Positions 16,108-23,900 are shown, counted from the stretch's first letter. The stretch is DNA of 32,000 bases from an uncultured Chloroflexia bacterium (GCA_963704755.1 OY969938.1:4620001-4652000), one strand, 5' to 3'. Program-made: numbers and translations. Notes: generated by a model from the sequence alone, not told the origin.

Positions 16108-17174
16108 TTTATATTTTTTAAGATGCCGGCCATAATTTCTATGGCATTATTTGGTAAAGCCATAATTTCAACAGGTTCAATCGGGCCTTTTTCTGGATGG
16201 TCATAATCAGCTTGGCAAATTGGACATTTATTTCCTGCTTTATTAAATTGTAAATCCCCACACCGTCTACAATATAAACTAGAAACACAGGTATTCCGTC
16301 CTTTTTCTAAATATTCATGGATTTTTTCTTTGATTAAGTCTGTTGGAACAGCGAACTTTAATGCGTCCGAGTTACCTTTGCCCCATAAATTGATACCAAC
16401 TACTTCACCATATTCGTTGATTAAAGGCCCGCCTGAATTACCGTGGTCTATCGCCGCATCAGTCTGCAGACATTTTACACCGTTAAATAATGCATCTGGG
16501 TTACTAATAATCCCACGCGACAAAGTGTTTGGCATTCCAAGCGGCGCGCCAATGGCATAAACAGTGTCGGATTGCTGCATATCAATTGAATTTCCCACTG
16601 CTACAACCGGAAAAGATTCGGTTCCTTCTAACCAAATAAAAGCGTAATCCATTTGCCTATTGGAAGCTATAACCATACCTTTATAAGATTTTTCTTCTGG
16701 TTTTTGTGGATGCAGAATTACATCAACCTCACGAAGTGAGATGTTTTCTTGATTTTCTACTACATGACGAGCTGTAATCAAGAGCCCACTTTCAGAAACG
16801 ATGAAACCCGAGCCGGAGAAATTACCCGCAATAACTACCACAGTAGCCCCAATTGCTTTTTTAATAGCAGTCCTCGAATCAATGGGATTATCTTTTATTT
16901 GCAAAGGTTTTTTTTGGGGTTCTTTTTGTAGATCTAATTGTCCGAGTTGAATTGTGATCTTATCGTCTAAATTGACAGGAAAACTTACAGATAATTCAGT
17001 CACTAAACCAACAGCTGATAATTGCTTATTTACCTGGTCAACTACGGTTTGGGTTCTGCGAGCGAACCCAAAGCCTTTTAATAATGTTCGTAATTTGATA
17101 TTTATTTTTTGGTCCTTCTTATCCTTGATTTGGATTACAAGATTTTGAGCATATGGTTTCAGACTTTCTGACAT
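16098..17174 (-). CDS. Cytoplasmic trypsin-like (S1C/HtrA-type) serine protease with an unknown N-terminal domain and a C-terminal zinc ribbon
   Basis: SD GGAGGG lies 5 nt before the ATG. Catalytic triad contexts are LLITARHVV, QMDYAFIWL and DHGNSGGPLIN. C-terminal motif CRRC-x11-CPIC. No signal peptide, TM segment or PDZ domain. Confidence 0.85.
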   Translation of the reverse strand: MSESLKPYAQNLVIQIKDKKDQKINIKLRTLLKGFGFARRTQTVVDQVNKQLSAVGLVTELSVSFPVNLDDKITIQLGQLDLQKEPQKKPLQIKDNPIDSRTAIKKAIGATVVVIAGNFSGSGFIVSESGLLITARHVVENQENISLREVDVILHPQKPEEKSYKGMVIASNRQMDYAFIWLEGTESFPVVAVGNSIDMQQSDTVYAIGAPLGMPNTLSRGIISNPDALFNGVKCLQTDAAIDHGNSGGPLINEYGEVVGINLWGKGNSDALKFAVPTDLIKEKIHEYLEKGRNTCVSSLYCRRCGDLQFNKAGNKCPICQADYDHPEKGPIEPVEIMALPNNAIEIMAGILKNINWI

Positions 17175-17575
17175 GATATCCCTCCAAATTAAATTACTTC
17201 TTAAAATCTGAGTTAAAAACTAATAAAACGTTCGTTTAAATCCTAATTGCGAAGAATATTTGATTATGATTAATTATTGTATCATTATCAATGAATTTGC
17301 GTTTTGAGTAGATTTCCATAATTTCTGGCTAATATTATTCTGGATTGTATAGGTGTTTCAGAAAGATTGAAATTATTATTGCATTATTATCCTGGTTTTT
17401 TGGGCTCAAGTAATATATTTTTAGAAAAGCCTTGTAATTGTTTAAAAAGCCAAGAGAAGTAAGAATCCCTTACAAAAAAGTATTCCGAGATTCCATGTTA
17501 AAATTTTTTTGCTAACATTTTCACACGACATGACGCTTCACTAAAATCGAGCAAAACAATGACCATTCTATATTT

Positions 17576-18766
17576 TTAAACAAATCCTTTTGGCACATAT
17601 TTATACGTCACATCAATTCGGGCATGCCCCAATAGTTCTGAGATTTGCCGACGAGCTCCACGATCATCCAATCCTTGGTCAAGAAATTCGAGATATCTAT
17701 TTTGAGCATAATTTGCACGCAACCGATGTACTCCACTTATTCCAATTCCTAGCTCTTTTGTAGTGTCTAGCATAGTTCTCCGAAAACCAGCCCGCCAGGA
17801 AGCACTCGGGGTAAATATAAATTGTTTGGAACGGTTTAACCTAAGGATCAGATCTTCTGGGATTGGCACCGGTCGATAGCGACCCCCTTTTCCGGTGATA
17901 TGCAGCAGGTTGTGCTCCACATCAATATTTTGCCCTTGCATTCCGGCCATTTCATCTTCCCGAAGCCCACAACGTAATGCCAGCTCTGCCGGCAACGCAT
18001 AAGCCGATTTTTTTTCCTTCAAGAATTCAACCACCCTTACAGAATCTTCTGTTCGATAGCCAAACCGTGGTGCGCGCACATCGCTATCATCCCGAAAGGA
18101 TTTCACCCATCCGCGCAATTCCGGAGTAATCGGCGATGGGTTTTTTGTCCAACCGAGTTTTGAGCATCCCGAATGGACTTTTTCGAGTGCTGCCAACAGC
18201 TTGTTCACAGTTCCAGGCGCAGAATAAGAGTAATGTTCTTCAAATGTTGTCATGATGATATCTGGATTCAGTAGTTTGACCAGTAAACCCTCGTCGGTAA
18301 TTTCCTCAGCGCGTTTGAAGAATAAGGTTGCCGTCTGAAAATATGTTCGCCGAGTGTTGATTCCCAAAATGACAGGTAATGCCTGAGTGGGATCTCCATC
18401 TGGTCGTAATGATTTCTTGACAGAGGTCACACCATGCTCAACCTTGTACTCTTCAATTTGTTCTTTATCCCAGGTTACTTTAGCAAGAGCATGATTGACC
18501 TGGTTGGAAATGGATGACAATGACAAGCTACACCGCCTTCGTCGGCTTTGGAACTCGCTTCCAGCCGTTTCTAGTATTACGGAAATATTTTTTTGTTGTG
18601 CCGTTAAGCCTTTCGTCGAGAAGATCTCGGCGTACGCGCCCCCATTTAGGGGTATTACAGGGGTTGCACTTCGCGATGCCGGCGACCCTGAAACGCCCTG
18701 CCTGGCATCTGCGGACTGGTTTTGGCCTGTCAAGAATGAACAGGCCGGCAAGCGCAGGTCTTGCAT
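17576..18766 (-). CDS. Tyrosine recombinase / phage-type integrase (true start probably TTG 18526)
   Basis: Catalytic contexts are LRCGLREDE (R), VHRLRANYA (HxxR) and LLGHARIDVTYKY (H...Y). The first 80 codons of the maximal ORF lie in a GC-rich patch and look non-protein-like. Confidence 0.85.
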   Translation of the reverse strand: MQDLRLPACSFLTGQNQSADARQGVSGSPASRSATPVIPLNGGAYAEIFSTKGLTAQQKNISVILETAGSEFQSRRRRCSLSLSSISNQVNHALAKVTWDKEQIEEYKVEHGVTSVKKSLRPDGDPTQALPVILGINTRRTYFQTATLFFKRAEEITDEGLLVKLLNPDIIMTTFEEHYSYSAPGTVNKLLAALEKVHSGCSKLGWTKNPSPITPELRGWVKSFRDDSDVRAPRFGYRTEDSVRVVEFLKEKKSAYALPAELALRCGLREDEMAGMQGQNIDVEHNLLHITGKGGRYRPVPIPEDLILRLNRSKQFIFTPSASWRAGFRRTMLDTTKELGIGISGVHRLRANYAQNRYLEFLDQGLDDRGARRQISELLGHARIDVTYKYVPKGFV

Positions 18767-18790
18767 TATGTCCTATCAATAACCTACGTT
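18527..18790. other. GC-rich patch of about 260 bp, stop-free in four reading frames, between int and the RHH gene (leader, att region or structured RNA; unresolved)
   Basis: Composition differs sharply from both flanks. Four overlapping ORFs occupy the same 260 bp. Several stable hairpins are present, for example CGCaGATGCC...GGCATCGCG, GGCCTGT-N9-ACAGGCC and CGAGA-TCT-TCTCG. Confidence 0.3.
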
Positions 18791-18951
18791 GAAATTAATC
18801 TTTCGTTAGGGGGAACCAACCAACGTTTAGAAAAGCAATTTGTCTGCCTATGATGCCAGTATCACTTGGTGATAGAGGATTGAGACAAGATGTACATTAA
18901 CTAAACCACAAATCAACCAGTTATTGCAAGTACCCTCTTTTTAATACCCCC

Positions 18952-18980
18952 TTGATTAAGTAATACATATGTATTACAAT
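18952..18980 (+). promoter_or_regulatory. Sigma-70-like promoter with a perfect 18-bp palindromic operator in the spacer
   Basis: TTGATT (18952-18957), 17 nt, TACAAT (18975-18980). The palindrome GTAATACATATGTATTAC occupies 18960-18977. AAGGAG lies 6 nt before ATG 19008. Confidence 0.5.
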
Positions 18981-19007
18981 TATATTTATCTTATCAAGGA
19001 GTTCAAA

Positions 19008-19235
19008 ATGCCCAAGAAAAACTCATCTATTAAACCAGTTCGTTCTTTCCGACTAAGTTATGAGTGTGTTCGCCAATTGAAAGATTTGGCTGTCAATATG
19101 GGACGAAGTGAAGGAGATGTGGTCGAGGTTTCTATCGACCGAATGTATCGAGAAGAAATCCGTTTTGGAAGTTTCATGATCGGTGAAGGTCAAAAACCTG
19201 AAGATAACTATAAGATCGAAAAGGCGGATGAATAA
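19008..19235 (+). CDS. Ribbon-helix-helix (CopG/Arc-like) DNA-binding protein
   Basis: KPVRSFRLSYECVRQLKDLAVNMGRSEGDVVEVSIDRMY fits a strand-helix-helix pattern. Strong SD. The ORF track starts at 18969. Confidence 0.6.
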   Translation: MPKKNSSIKPVRSFRLSYECVRQLKDLAVNMGRSEGDVVEVSIDRMYREEIRFGSFMIGEGQKPEDNYKIEKADE

Positions 19236-19237
19236 AA

Positions 19238-19696
19238 ATGATTGCGGGGTTTGTTCGCTTGGTTTGGAAGGTCATTTGGAATGCAGTTTTGGTTCTGGTA
19301 TGTGCCGGTTTGATTTTTATTGGGTATAAAGCCAATCAACCCATGAGTGTAGCCGGAGCACCAGAGGGGATGACTTTTGTTGAATTTATTAAAGAGCGCA
19401 TTGATGCTGCGAAAACTGTTGAGCCTTCGAGATGTGGTTGGGGAATGATGCTTTCCTTGGCGACATTGGGTCCGATCTATTCTTTCGTTTATACCGAAGT
19501 AGGAATCCACCCGGACGGATTTCTTGCTCGTGGCATCGCCCATGATCCAGATATTCCAAAGGATGTAGCCGGCGCGAAGTGGTATGAAGTGCCTGGTATT
19601 TGGTGGAATACGGTTGAAAAATTATCCTGGACGATGTTGGGAAAGCCGGCAGCATATGGGTGTAAGTTCAGACTGGTGCAATTTGTGAATGAATGA
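19238..19696 (+). CDS. 152-aa membrane protein, function unknown
   Basis: N-terminal TM segment (VIWNAVLVLVCAGLIFIGY). The start lies 2 nt after the RHH stop, so the two genes are co-transcribed. Confidence 0.5.
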   Translation: MIAGFVRLVWKVIWNAVLVLVCAGLIFIGYKANQPMSVAGAPEGMTFVEFIKERIDAAKTVEPSRCGWGMMLSLATLGPIYSFVYTEVGIHPDGFLARGIAHDPDIPKDVAGAKWYEVPGIWWNTVEKLSWTMLGKPAAYGCKFRLVQFVNE

Positions 19697-19927
19697 TTCT
19701 TAAATTTTGCCTACATCTGAAAAATGAGTCATGGATTCGGTCTTGTTAGCCTCAATGAAAAATTTAGAGAAAACATTCTGACACTCAGTATATAATGAGT
19801 ATAAGTTCAAGTTGCTGCAGGATTCCAGAATTATAGATGTGTACCCCAGATTTTGTAGAAATTAAAATCATAAAGTAACTATATCTACATCTAGTGAACC
19901 AGAAAACCAACCTTCGTAAGGAAAAGA

Positions 19928-21556
19928 GTGTTGATGACCTCGGATTTACTTCAAGACTTGGAAAAACAATTAACACGCATTCCTGAAGAAAGCCTAAAGA
20001 GTTTTTTTCCGGCTGCATTTTTTTTGGAGGAACGTCGAGAATATTTCGTAGAATTGCCCGGCATTACGCGATTGATGATTAACAACAATTATATTGATTC
20101 CAAACTTCCAGGAAGAGGCATTTTTCAAATATGTATTGCAGACAGGTTGGGTTTGACCTGTATCCAGCCGGTTAAAGATGGGCAGCAAGAAGGAACACCA
20201 CTTTGGGTTGAAGTGTATTCTACTAAATTTCCGGCTCCCTATGAACACCTGAAATTTTTTCAAGCCTTGGTCGACGATTTATACAGAAAGAGCGCCAATC
20301 TTCCTTTTACTTTTGAGAATCAAACACAACGAGGGGTTTCTGAAATACCACATACGCCAACGCTGCTATTCATTTATCACTTCTTACGATGTGCAGTTGT
20401 GTCTTTCGAGCAGGCGATTAACACCATTCTAGCTGAGCCACATCGGGTGTTATCCGATCATCCTGAACAAGTTTTGCTTTACCAGGCTTCTGAAGTAGAT
20501 AGTGATGTGATCCTGAGTATTCTTCAGGCGCCCGAATCCTGGGTAGAAACAAGTGAATTTCATCTTTCCAGGTTGCTTCAAACCGAAGGAAGATATTATG
20601 CTCCGGAACGCGTCTGGCAAAGGCAACCCGAAGAAACATATGATACCCCCGAAAACCGGTTTGTCCTCCACTTCCTGCGTCAAGTATTAACCGCAGCAGA
20701 TAAGTTACCAACGCTGGGTTGGTGGAAGAAATTAAGCTCAGATGGAACCAATAAAATTCGAGAATTATCTTCGGTTTTACGCGAGGCAGTTGCACACCCG
20801 ATGTTTGCCGAGGTTGGTGAACTTTACCACCTTCCTGCTAATTCGCAGGTGTTGATGCGTCGGGAAGGGTATCGTGAAATTTATAAATTATGGCAGCAAT
20901 TTAATTCTTCCTGGCAGCCATTGTTTGCCCGTTGGCAGCAAGCAATTGATATGCGAGAAATTTATTATTTATACGAATTGTGGGTGTTTTTCAAACTGGT
21001 CGATCTGGTAGGGTTAAATAATCCTTGTCAGAACCTGGAGATGACCATCTCGGATGAAAGGGGGGTCGAGTATAAATCCAAGGCTGTTTTTTGGAACAGT
21101 GAGGAATTGATTTACAACCAGACATTCCATCCCAAATGGAATGAGAATAAATCCTATTCTTTGGTCATGCGCCCTGATTATCTCTGGCGAAGTGTTAATC
21201 CAAAACGGCAAGTTGTACTGGACGCCAAGTTCAGTATGTCTATCACTGAAAAAGAGTTGGAAGATGAAAACAAGATCGAGGACGAGGCTTCCAGCACCAT
21301 TCGGGAAGGTTATCCAATACGCGATAACCTGTACAGAATGCACACTTACCGGGATGCGCTTCATGAAACACAGGCGGCAGTGATCTTGTATCCAGGAACA
21401 CAATCCATATTCATGTCTGTAAAAAATCATAAATTCATGGATGTAACTTTGGCAGAGGTGTTACACGGTACATGTGAACGCCATTCTACCCAATTTGAGA
21501 TTGAATCATTTTTATTGGATGGAATTGGAGCAATTCCCTTACGGCCTTACAACTGA
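19928..21556 (+). CDS. McrC-like PD-(D/E)xK nuclease subunit (DUF2357-type)
   Basis: Family-like stretches: YDTPENRFVLHFL, LYELWVFFKL, RPDYLWRSVNPKRQVVLDAKFS (D...D-x-K) and MHTYRDAL. The start is GTG 19928 or ATG 19934. Confidence 0.8.
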   Translation: MLMTSDLLQDLEKQLTRIPEESLKSFFPAAFFLEERREYFVELPGITRLMINNNYIDSKLPGRGIFQICIADRLGLTCIQPVKDGQQEGTPLWVEVYSTKFPAPYEHLKFFQALVDDLYRKSANLPFTFENQTQRGVSEIPHTPTLLFIYHFLRCAVVSFEQAINTILAEPHRVLSDHPEQVLLYQASEVDSDVILSILQAPESWVETSEFHLSRLLQTEGRYYAPERVWQRQPEETYDTPENRFVLHFLRQVLTAADKLPTLGWWKKLSSDGTNKIRELSSVLREAVAHPMFAEVGELYHLPANSQVLMRREGYREIYKLWQQFNSSWQPLFARWQQAIDMREIYYLYELWVFFKLVDLVGLNNPCQNLEMTISDERGVEYKSKAVFWNSEELIYNQTFHPKWNENKSYSLVMRPDYLWRSVNPKRQVVLDAKFSMSITEKELEDENKIEDEASSTIREGYPIRDNLYRMHTYRDALHETQAAVILYPGTQSIFMSVKNHKFMDVTLAEVLHGTCERHSTQFEIESFLLDGIGAIPLRPYN

Positions 21557-21571
21557 TTGAGGTGAAACACT

Positions 21572-23674
21572 ATGTCGTTAAACCAGAATAAATATTCACA
21601 ATTATTCGATGAATTGAAAGTTGCCCCCGAAGTAAAAAATGAGCTTTTACGTTTTTTTGTCGATCGTATTCAAAAAGCACATTCGATTAGCCCGAATGGG
21701 TGGGTAGTGTATGAAATTAAAGGAACCATTGTACTATCAATTTCATTTGTATATACCATAAGTATTGGCTTTGATTTGAGTGGGAAAAAAATTAACGGAA
21801 TTATGGCTATGGCGGCGCAAACTGAGCTGACAGATTCTGTAAAAAAGCAGCTAGAAGAACTAGGGTGCAAAATTGGAGAAGGATTTAAACACACTGGGGG
21901 CTCAAATTCGGTTTATATTCCATTTGAAAATACAGATAAATTTATAAAGGCGTTAAAAATTGCCCGCCCAATAAATGATCAATATATTTCTAATGTATTG
22001 AATCCTGGCAAGAAAACAAGTTGGCCAAAAAAGTACGATCCAGAACTTACCCGATTTCTGCGCGGTGAATTAGATATGGATATTCCAGACCCGGAATATT
22101 TTATTTCCCAAAAAGGGAAAGTGACTAGCAAAGTTGGAGGAAACCCTATGGAAATATTTAATGAAATCGATAATTATCTTCAATCCCAAGGTTATTATTT
22201 TACCCTCAACCAAATAACTTCTTTCTACACGGCTTTGCAAACCAAAGGTTTTGTCATCTTAAGCGGCATCAGCGGTACGGGGAAGACAAAACTGGCGCAA
22301 TTATTCGCGCAAATGCTGCCTGTCCCGACTCAAAGAAAAATTGAGAATCTTGAAAATTTGATTTCTATTACCCTGCAGCCGGATCATCTGTTAAGGCATC
22401 GTTTTATAATTCCCAAAAAGTACATTGGGTATTTTGAACCTATCGAACCCAACAAACGAGTGGATATTACTCTGATGTATCAAGGTAAGACTCAAAAGTG
22501 TTGGATGAAATCATACGAATATCCTGCTAGACCTCCTTACTTAATGTTTTGGTTGCAAGGCGATGCTATCGGGTGGGTCTCAGATAATTTCAAGGTCGGC
22601 GACACTATGATGTTACAGCCGGATTTTCAAGATGAAAAATTACTCGGGTTGACGATTTTATCAGAACAGACAGAAGTGGTTGCTGAAGAAGAAGGAGAAA
22701 ACTGTCTTTTCTTATCGGTTCGCACGGATTGGCGCGACAGCAAGAGTTTATTGGGATACTACAACCCACTCACGAAGCATTACGAGAGCACACCTTTTCT
22801 TGAGTTCGTAATAAAAGCAAGGAATAGCTTTGAATCAGGTGATAACCTAGCCTGGTTCATCATTTTAGATGAAATGAACCTGGCACGGGTGGAATATTAT
22901 TTCGCGGATTTATTGAGCGTTTTAGAATCAGGCCGGGATGATAAAGGAAATACTCGCGAGACCCTAAGGTTTATCTATGGGGATTTGGAAGAAGGCGAAG
23001 TACCCCCTCCTCCCGAAATAGCGTTACCTCCGAATCTGTATATTATTGGAACTGTCAATGTTGACGAAACTACCCAATCATTCAGCCCAAAAGTTCTCGA
23101 CCGTGCCTTTAGTCTGGAGTTCATGGATGTAGACTTTAATCGCTATACATCACCCGAACATGGGGACTGGCCTATATGGAAACGACAAGAAGCTGGGATG
23201 AAATTACTAACAGAATTTACACGTCAAAAAACTTTTGTGCAGATCAACAAAGGAGAAATTTTCGCTTTCGTTCAAGCCCATCCGGAATTTTCAGCAAAAT
23301 TACAAGACCTGAACCAGAAACTGCAACCTTTTAGCATGCATTTTGGATATCGAGTATTTGATGAAATCATGATGTTTCTCAAAAATTCTGAGGACAATAA
23401 AATTGAGATAGAGAGCGCTTTTGATCAGGCGGTATTGATGAAAGTATTACCCAAATTTCATGGATCGCGGGGAAAACTCGAAAAGCCCTTAGTGGCGATT
23501 CTTGTTTGGTGTTCAAAAGCCAAATCAGAAGAAACCGAACCCATAAAAACATTATTACAATTAGACCATAATACAGCAATCAACCCAGTTGAATGGGAAT
23601 GCCCGGCGACTGCTGGGCGTATTTTGCGTATGCTACAATCTTTGAACGACACTGGATTTGCCTCATTTGGATAG
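21572..23674 (+). CDS. McrB-like AAA+ (AAA_5) NTPase subunit with an unknown N-terminal domain and an insert between Walker A and Walker B
   Basis: Walker A is VILSGISGTGKTKLAQ (aa 228-243). Also SVRTDWRDSKSLLGYYNP. Walker B and family motif is FIILDEMNLARVEYYFADLLSVLE (aa 429-452). Also IIGTVNVDETTQSFSPKVLDRAF. Confidence 0.85.
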   Translation: MSLNQNKYSQLFDELKVAPEVKNELLRFFVDRIQKAHSISPNGWVVYEIKGTIVLSISFVYTISIGFDLSGKKINGIMAMAAQTELTDSVKKQLEELGCKIGEGFKHTGGSNSVYIPFENTDKFIKALKIARPINDQYISNVLNPGKKTSWPKKYDPELTRFLRGELDMDIPDPEYFISQKGKVTSKVGGNPMEIFNEIDNYLQSQGYYFTLNQITSFYTALQTKGFVILSGISGTGKTKLAQLFAQMLPVPTQRKIENLENLISITLQPDHLLRHRFIIPKKYIGYFEPIEPNKRVDITLMYQGKTQKCWMKSYEYPARPPYLMFWLQGDAIGWVSDNFKVGDTMMLQPDFQDEKLLGLTILSEQTEVVAEEEGENCLFLSVRTDWRDSKSLLGYYNPLTKHYESTPFLEFVIKARNSFESGDNLAWFIILDEMNLARVEYYFADLLSVLESGRDDKGNTRETLRFIYGDLEEGEVPPPPEIALPPNLYIIGTVNVDETTQSFSPKVLDRAFSLEFMDVDFNRYTSPEHGDWPIWKRQEAGMKLLTEFTRQKTFVQINKGEIFAFVQAHPEFSAKLQDLNQKLQPFSMHFGYRVFDEIMMFLKNSEDNKIEIESAFDQAVLMKVLPKFHGSRGKLEKPLVAILVWCSKAKSEETEPIKTLLQLDHNTAINPVEWECPATAGRILRMLQSLNDTGFASFG

Positions 23675-23900
23675 GCGGTCAGAAGAAAAGATTGGCAAAT
23701 TGACCCATTTATGGCCAGTCTGATGCTTTTCACTTTTATAACTGGGCAAACATATGCCTACATATTGGTAGCGAGAGTTTCGTCCTCGATCTGCTGCCGG
23801 TGAAGCAGAGCATAATAAGATCAATATAAATATTTGCACTGGAGTTTTTGATGCGCCCTTACTCGTTGCACCTTCAAAACAATTCACAAAAACATCCTAA

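Larger units (their letters stand above)
11751..23900. mobile_element. AT-rich genomic/defence island, possibly two elements in tandem; left junction lies inside arfB, right boundary is approximate
   Basis: There is an abrupt compositional drop after 11.8-12.0 kb. arfB is disrupted and an arfB 3' flank is duplicated. The island holds a tyrosine recombinase at 17576-18526, all-accessory gene content and many large AT-rich intergenic regions. Composition recovers at addB (23901). Confidence 0.45.

Noticed and set aside
15027-17315. Shared 14-mer TTTTGAGTAGATTT at 15027-15040 and 17302-17315, flanking the protease operon. I considered it as possible cassette boundaries.
   Set aside because: Similarity does not extend beyond the 14-mer. 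In AT-rich DNA of this size a single 14-nt match is close to chance expectation.
18640-18720. Faint resemblance of the GC-rich patch (+ strand GGGGTTGC...ACCCTGAAAC...CCTGGCATCTGCGG) to a TPP riboswitch.
   Set aside because: The invariant CUGAGA element and the ACCUGAUCUGGAUAAUGCCAGCG core are absent. There is also no thiamine-related gene downstream.
18495-18792. Three overlapping ORFs of about 90 aa (18495-18782 +, 18514-18792 +, 18528-18779 -) considered as possible small genes.
   Set aside because: All occupy the same GC-rich patch in different frames, none has an SD, and the translations look non-protein-like. The observation is kept as a non-coding finding instead.
17175-19007. tRNA or tmRNA gene next to the integrase as the integration target.
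   Set aside because: I found no T-arm-like GGTTCGAnnCC or acceptor/CCA features on either strand near the recombinase or anywhere else in the window. The visible junction is in arfB instead.
20418-21430. Minus-strand ORFs inside the McrC-like gene (20418-20795, 21014-21430).
   Set aside because: They are antisense to a gene with multiple conserved McrC/DUF2357 motifs. There is no independent support for them.
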